Assembly: GCA_964016885.1 (NCBI GenBank)
Contig: CAXHJY010001681.1
Coordinates: forward strand, 1 to 64,000
Reading direction: 5' to 3'
DNA from: Eledone cirrhosa
Lineage: Eukaryota
DNA: 64,000 nt
Shown in pieces: positions 56,331 through 64,000 of this stretch. The notes beneath the pieces were generated by a model. It made no database searches and was not told the origin of the DNA. It saw nothing but the letters and a program-made list of their open reading frames with translations. Every line of letters starts with the position of its first letter. Positions within the stretch are counted from its first letter, which is position 1. A program made the translations under genes and the position numbers.

Positions 56331-57036
56331 TCAGTACATATTTCACAATGCTTCATTATATATTACATATTTTACAGTGCTTCATGTTGACTATACTACT
56401 TTACATATATATAGATATATATATGTGTATATGGAGTGGCTGCAGTGCTAAGACCAGAGAATTGGTGAGTAGAAGCTACAGGATGTCGTGCACGTGTGTA
56501 TGTGTGTGTGTGTGAAATCCCGACTGCGACACCATATAAATATATGTACCTTTTATTTATTCTACAATGCAAAAACATAATAATTGTCATTACACCATTG
56601 TATTAGAAGGGAGCAAAATCTGATAACAGAATACATCATTGCATAATTCTGTTCATCTCACATATATGATAAACACACATTTATGGTGAGGATGATGATG
56701 ATGAGGGACCTTATGTCACGATGGCTATTCCAGTTTGTTCAATCAATAGAACTACTTAGTCATTGCATTGTTGTGTAAGTGACAGAGTATTCCATACACT
56801 TATATTCTTCACATTATCTTCATACTCTGCTTAACACAGTGACAAGGCTGGCCTTTTATATTAAAGGTACAAACTACTTTACAAGCTACCATAGTTTCCC
56901 TCTACTACAATTTTAATCACAAAGCATGGGGTGGCTCAAAGGTATGGCTGAAAGCTCTTTTCCAGTGAGTCGTGCAGGGATATTGAAACCAGATCCTTTA
57001 CACACATACACCTTATATATATATATATATATATAT

Positions 57037-57075
<39 letters not shown>

Positions 57076-57185
57076 TACAGTGACATGCCAGCTTTTTAAA
57101 ATTCATAGTGAGGCTTCAGCGATGTTTATTCTATCTAAACATTTTTTTTTATATGTGTTTCTAAGTACAACCCCAGTCATATATG

Positions 57186-57432
57186 ATCATCATCACCATT
57201 TTACGTTCATTCTTCCATGCTAGCATGGGTTAGATAGCTTGTCCTGTTGTGGGCATGCCAGGTCGGGTGACCTTGTCTTGCTCATATGGGAACTGATTTT
57301 GGCTTGATTTCTACAGCTGGATGTCCTTCCTAACACCAACCTCATTTACAATGAGTGCTGGGTGCTTTTTTTCCATGGCACCTATGTATATCATCGTTTT
57401 ATGTCCATTTTTCCATACTTGCATGGGTTGGA
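57186..57432 (-). mobile_element. RTE 3'-UTR fragment plus a second short 3' terminus
   Basis: Matches ~5990-6183. Confidence 0.85.
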
Positions 57433-60009
57433 CTATATATATACATACCATATATACTTGTCTATAAGACGACTCCACAATTTTATGTTTGAGAAATTGG
57501 TAAAAATCCAAACCTTATTTATGTAGAGTTTGAAGTTCATGAAAATCGTCAAAATATTGACCCCGGATATATATAACCTAACCCACTTTCTACCATCAAT
57601 TTGTTTGGTTACATATTCCTCAGCTTATATTTGAGTAGAAACGGTAATTATTTACAAATAAGCCAGCACATTTTTAGTTTTCTTGTTTTCTATTGTTTTC
57701 TCCATACTTTCCTGCATTATTTCTTCCCCTCTGTACCATATGATGAAGTAACCTGAAAACTAATATTATCAGACTTGCTTTTGTATTTTTTGCTACATAG
57801 CTCCACATGCACATAGACCCTTCAAATGTGTCAAAGTTGTGAGAACCTCCCCAGTAGAGATCTACATGATAAATGCACCTAATACATGCAGGAAAGTGGT
57901 TGGTGACAGCATCCAATAGTAGGTTTGACAAACAAAGTATTGGATGTACCCATCACTTGTGTCACAGACATGACAACCTCCCTACTGATGGTGATCTATA
58001 TGATAAACACACTCAGTACCTTCTGTAGAAAACCTACCAAACAAAGTGTTGAGAGAAACCTTCAACAGTGTCAAAGGCATAACAACCTCCTTAGTGCTAG
58101 TGCCACAATAAAAAGCATTCAGTAGAGTGTGGGATTGGATCTAAGCAATTACCATCCCCCAGTACATCTGAGAGATCAGTAGCCCCACTTAAGTACTGAC
58201 TCAGTCTGTAAAGACCCATCCAACACTTGTTAGCAGATGCAAGCGTTGTTGATGATATATATATGGCTTATAATAAATCTAGAATATGTTATGTCTCTGT
58301 AGTTTGTAGTATAATGATTGATACGTTTGCTTTACAAGCAATAGATAAACAGTTCAATTCCTAATGGAAAGAAATCACTTATTTTTTTCAATTGCATTGT
58401 TTACATATGTATACCAATTAATGTATGTGTGTGTGTGTGTGTGTGTGCACAGGCACGTATATAGGTTCTCAATTCAAATTCTGCTGAGATCAATAAAATT
58501 AGAACTGGCCAAGTACATAAATTGATTCAATTGACTATAGGACTTCTCCCAAAAAATTGGGATTTTGTTCAAACATAATTTAATCACACTCACACACACA
58601 TACATATACAAACGGTGACATTAAAACTGAAATTATAATAGTATAAGAGTATATAAAAATTGTTGTAGCAACAGATGTTGCTAGAAGTTGTAATGAGATC
58701 TAATTGAGTGAAACAGGAACAACATCTGTGCTTTAGTTTTCTTTGTCCTCTGTTTCAGTTTAATCAAATATATTTTCTTTGGAGAATCAGGTAATTGAAT
58801 AAAACTAGACTCCTCCAAATTCAATTAAGTAAGGGTTATTTATTATGAATACAGGTCGATGTTGTAACACCAGCTTCTATGAGTATATTATAAGTAAAAT
58901 AGGTTGTTATTCAAATGCATGGCTATCTAAGAATCCAATCAAAATGCTAACCAGGTTTTATCAATGGTAATCAATCCATGCTGTATAAGGTTTAACATAT
59001 AATAACTTACTTATGTAACACAAAAAAATGGTTATGGCAAAATTAATACAAAAACTATATCAATGCTGATAAACAATACACCAGTATAAACTATAGATTG
59101 TATATATATGGTGAAACAGCTGTACAAGTTTATTAACTACGGATCAGTATTTTGGCTTTTGAGAGAAAAGTTAAGATTCTGCCCAGGATGTATGTCACAG
59201 GATGTAGTTAATGGTAAGCACTGAAGCAAACAAAATTAGATGAGTGGCTTGTGAGAGGTTTCAAAAATAATCTACAGACATTCCTTATATTAGTTTCTTT
59301 GAAGTTTTCTAGCATATAGTTCAAATCTAGATAGATAACCATATGAGACAACAGAGACAATATGGTACTCATGGCTGAATCAATTCAGAAAATGTATGAG
59401 AGAGAGAGAGTCAGACAAAGATTGAGGGATAGCCAGTGTAAAGCGAAATATAGAGAGACAGCTTGAATACAAAATGCTGAATTTGAAAATGGCCACAAGT
59501 TAGCAATAGAAACTTTTTGAAGCAATAGAATCATGGTAATAATTAATTGAGTAGAAGAGCTATAGTGACCTATCAAGTTGACTAAATACACCAAGTGAAC
59601 TAGCAATAATTCAAGCCTTCTTTTACCAAATGGCTTCGTTTACCAAAACAACTTGCATAATCCTTCTTTCTCAGAAATGCATCTCTCAAAACTTGCATCT
59701 TGATAATATGTAACAATATAAATTGGACATTAACTGCCATGATCTTGTCCTCTTATCGGTTGGTTGTGATTGTTGATAACTCTCAGAATATATACTTCAT
59801 ATTCTGGCGAAAAATATAACCATCTTTTTCATTGTGAGAACCTAAGTACAATTAACAATGAGAATGCAACAAGCTAATCTAAAGACTCAGAAACATGTTG
59901 ATCTCATCAGTTTGAAAGGACCAACAAAAACTATCTGTTAGACACGGAGTGACTAACAACAGAATGTTTTAAGTCTGCATGTCTGACATGCGTAGCTTGT
60001 GAATAAAAA

Positions 60010-60221
60010 ATTCAAGGGGTGTCGCTGGCCCTGATGATCGCCAAACATGTTTTGTAATATATCGTCTTATTGGTTAATTTCATCGTCATATTGGCTAATC
60101 AACCAGCGAGAGTAATTGTTGCTCAAAAGCATCCGCCATTTTGTTTGCACGTTTATTAATCGTTTCGTTTTTTAATCTTCCTCCTGTATTTCGTCAAAAT
60201 ATATTTCTCGTTTTGGTAAGT
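60010..60221 (+). promoter_or_regulatory. Candidate promoter and non-coding first exon
   Basis: Locally CpG-rich; two ATTGG boxes (60069, 60090) in duplicated 18-mers; YY1-type CCGCCATTTTG at 60133-60143; donor G|GTAAGT at 60215/60216. Confidence 0.5.
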
Positions 60222-60666
60222 TATATTGTTAATTTATATATGATTTTTTAAAATTTATATTAACAATTTTTTTTTCAGTTCGTTATAACATGCTTATAAT
60301 ATTGGTTGTATCATATTTACTTGTATATTTGTCCATATTATTGTTCGTTTTATGTTATATTATTTTATTATTATTATGTTAGATTATTTTTTTTATTACT
60401 ATGTTAGACTATTTGTATGTAATATTTAATTTTTATTAATTCAACTATAACAATTATTATGTAAAATATATTTATTTAATATTGATTGTTTTTTGTAGTT
60501 GTTTATATTAAAAGTCTGAAAATATTTTTATACATCTTACAATAATATTTATAAGATCATTTATAAAATAACAATTATATAATCTAATTACATTACAACG
60601 ATAATTTATTATTAATATATATTGTGTTTAACTAGTTATTACAAGCATTGCCTTAAAAAAGTATTA

Positions 60667-60942
60667 AACTAGACCTGAAAAATGCGCAAGCTCAAAAGAG
60701 TCACAGAATGTTATAATAAACCTTGAATGTTATAATAAACCTTGTTGCTCAAAAATATTGTAATCATTATCTATCGTACATTCTGTGGCATCCTTTATAT
60801 AAATATCACAATAAATACATCTAGAGTGTACGATAGATAATGATTACAATATTTTCGAGCAACAATTGTAGTCCCACACTTTTGAAGGTTTATTATAATA
60901 TTCTGTGGCTCTTTTGAGCTTGCGCATTTTACAGGTCTAGTT
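60667..60942. mobile_element. MITE / foldback element with long inverted arms
   Basis: 60667-60724 pairs with 60885-60942; 60742-60780 pairs with 60827-60865. Confidence 0.8.
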
Positions 60943-61178
60943 GATAATGTCCAACCCACATCCGATTAATAAATAATAATCACTCAATAATAGCCAGCTA
61001 TGTGCAATTTTAGACAGTCTTAAAATAGTAATGGATATTGTGTAAAAAACAGTTTAAAATTTTATAATTAGTTTTCATATAAAAGTAGTCATAGCATAGC
61101 TGTTTGGGGCCTGAAGAGAGACATAGATAAATAAACAATTTGGAAAAGTGGTACATTTTTTTACAACAAATAGTCTCT

Positions 61179-64000
61179 ATCATCACCATTTTACGTCCAT
61201 TCTTCCATGCTAGCATGGGTTAGATGGGTTGTCCAGTTGTGGGCAGTGCCAGGTCAGGTGACCTTGTCTTGCTCATACGGGAACTGATTTTGGCTTGATT
61301 TCTACAGCTGGATGCCCTTCCTAACACCAACATCATTTACAGTGAGTACTAGGTGCTTTTTCACTGTGGCACCTACACGACCACTTTACAGTGTGGGCTG
61401 GGTGTTTTTTTGTTGTGACACCTCCATGACCACTTTGCAGTGGGAGGGGGTGGGGGCATACTGTCTATATGCTCAGCTTCGACTTGTACACTTGGAAAGT
61501 CGGGTCTTCTGTATTACTGCATGATGCTAGAGGTCACGGTCCTGTGTCATCCCCTTTGAGAGGTGCAATTGGGCAAGGTCAGCTTTTATCACCTCATCCC
61601 AGGTCTTCTTGGGTCTCCCCACTCCAAGGCTTCCAACCGACTTTTAGTGTTCTGCACCTTTTTATGCAGCTGTCATCCTTCATATGCATCACATGTCCAT
61701 ACCAATGCAACCTCCTCTCCTGCACACAGCATTTGATTCCTCTTATGCTCAGTCTCTCTCTCAATTCGCTTATACTTTGCCATTCACATATATTACTATT
61801 ACACATCCATCAGAGCATGCAAGCTTCATTACATTCTAATCTATGCAAGTCTTCTACACACAACGCCCAGGTCTCACTACCATGCAACATTGATGTTCGT
61901 ATATACGCATCATACAGTCTGCCTTTCATTCTGAGGTAAAAGCCTTTTGCAGCTAGCAGTGGCTCCCTGAACTTCTTCCATTCCGTTCTTACAATGGTTA
62001 CTGTACTTTCAGAACACCCACCTCCGCTGCTAATTTGGTCACCTAGGTATCAGAAGCTGTCTACTGTTTCTAAAGCGCCCTCCCAGATTTTGGTAGTGCT
62101 TGTTTCCTGTGGCCATTTGCTGCTACATGTAAAGCCAACATTCTTAACTAAGCTTCCTGAGATCCCACTACATCTCTTGTGTACCCATAGTTTGTACTTG
62201 GGTCAGAGGATGGAATTCCTACCTACACCTTTCCTACATACTGAGAAAGGCCATTTCCTGAGGGGATCTGGGTTCTGTTTTCTCGTCTACTTACGAGGAC
62301 CTTAGTCTTTGTCAGGTTGACTTTGAGACCATTTCTTTCTAGTCCCTGCTTCTATGTTTGGAATATCTTCTTTAGTTCTACCATAGATTCTGCTGTAACT
62401 GTGAGATCATCCATACAGAAGCTCCCATAGGCATCCGGTCTCAAACTCCTGTTATAGCCTGAAATACTATAATAAACAGGAGAGGGCTAAGAACAGCCCT
62501 GGTGGACACCAACCTGTATGCTAAATTCCTCGCTATGGTCATTGTTATCCCTAACTGACTGCTCCTCACAAGCCATTCATCTACTCCTAGTTTTCTAAGA
62601 GCCCACCAGATTATAGCACGGGGGACTCTGTCGAAGGATTTTTCCAGATCAACAAATGCCAGGTAGAGCGGCTTACTTTTAGCTAGGTACTTTTCCTGTA
62701 ACTGCCTCACAAGGAAGAGAGCATCAGTGGTGTCTTTTCCTGGCACAAACCCAAACTGCATCTCATCTAGTTTTACCCGGTCCCTAATCAACTGTGCTAT
62801 AACTCTTTCCATTACTTTCATGACCTGGTCCATCAGCTTTATACCTCTATAGTTTCCTCTATCTAGTGCATCACCTTTACCCTTGTAGCAGTTGAGAATG
62901 ATGCTGCTGCACCAATACTTTGGTATGGCACCCTCTATTTTTACCTGGTTAACAGTACATGTGGTTATGGTGTGACCTACTGACCCAGATGCTTTCAGCA
63001 TCTCGGCAGCTATACCCGATGGACTGGTTGCCTTCCCAGTCTTCATATCATTAATTGCCTTACTTACAACGTATGCTGCTGACTTATATTGCTGGCCCCT
63101 CTATAGGGTCCACTTGGGGTAGAGTCTCTTTCTCCCATGCATTCTTCTCATTTAGTAATCTTTCATAATTGCTCTTCCACACATCTTTCTTCTTGGAACT
63201 TGTGAGTGCAAGCTCACCTTTATCATTCCGGACACATTTCTCTCCAATGACATCACAATTTTCTCTAACACACTGTCTCGCAATCCTGAACACCTCCTGC
63301 TTCTGGTCCCCACGCTGCAAAACATGCTTGAATTTTCTATCCTCCATTTCTAGCTTAGTATACTTGTCACCTAGCTTCCTTCCTGGTCTCTATGTAATGT
63401 ACCCTGCTTCTCCTGTTTTTCCATTCTTTCCATGCCTGTCTCTTAGCCTTAATTGCCTCATCTACCTTATTGTTCCACACCAAGCCACTCTTCTCCTCCC
63501 TGTGGTCTTGCTCCAACCACAAATCTCTTCTGCTGCCTTTAATAAGTTTTTTTTAGGAACTCCCAGTGCTCTTCTATATTGAATGTCTATCTGTTCTTTA
63601 TGTCATAGACATTGAGTAAGATATATTTAATTCTGTTACTGGCCGAGGGGTCTTTCTTCTCCAGGTTGTCTTCTGTTTTCAAGTAACTCTAGTTCTGACA
63701 ATGAGGTCGCTGACAACTAAGTTTTGTTGGGAGGTACATTCCTCACCAGGGAAGCCTTTTTTGTTTACAACCGTCCATCTATCTCATCCTCTGATAAGGA
63801 TAAAATCTATCTGACTAGAATGCTCCCCTGATCTATAGGTGATCAGATGGTTGTCGGGTTTTTTGAAGTTTGTGTTACATATCGACATGTCATTGGTGTC
63901 ATAGAATTCTAGAAGCCTGAAGCCTTCTTCATTTCTTGTGCCAAACCCGTAGCCTCCATGGACTCTATAGAAACCATCATGGTGTTTCCCAACGTGTTCA
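61179..64000 (-). mobile_element. Older degraded RTE copy, running off the window
   Basis: Collinear with the 1039-aa ORF from APE to 3' UTR; stops and frameshifts. Confidence 0.95.

Noticed and set aside
60096-60140. AAAATGGCG start codon on the minus strand (MADAFEQQLLSLVD)
   Set aside because: Stops after 14 codons with no donor; better explained as a YY1-type motif

Overview
AT-rich, repeat-dense animal genomic DNA. The repeat landscape (huge (TA)n arrays, RTE LINEs with (GAT)n tails, tRNA-SINEs) suggests a cephalopod/Octopus genome; this is an inference. The only host coding sequence I recognised is one 66-nt minus-strand exon of CaMKII (34132-34197, [22 protein letters not shown]), so the window appears to be two very large CaMKII introns. 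They contain: (1) an apparently intact RTE LINE (1039-aa APE-RT ORF with a PHD-like Cys/His finger inside the RT region) whose 5' end is four tandem ~410-bp monomers, inserted in a (TA)n array; (2) three more copies of that family, one nearly identical and one with a different 5' UTR; (3) a rearranged Ty3/Gypsy element whose end is a ~620-bp palindrome carrying an exact 18-nt tRNA-Trp complement, which looks like a fossil fold-back of strong-stop DNA about 0.3 kb from the CaMKII exon; (4) a twin-primed (5'-inverted) RTE fragment; (5) R4/Dong, Penelope, hAT, Helitron and MITE relics and many SINEs; (6) a CCAAT/YY1 promoter-like element with a splice donor antisense to CaMKII. The long Ile/Tyr ORFs are microsatellite artefacts.
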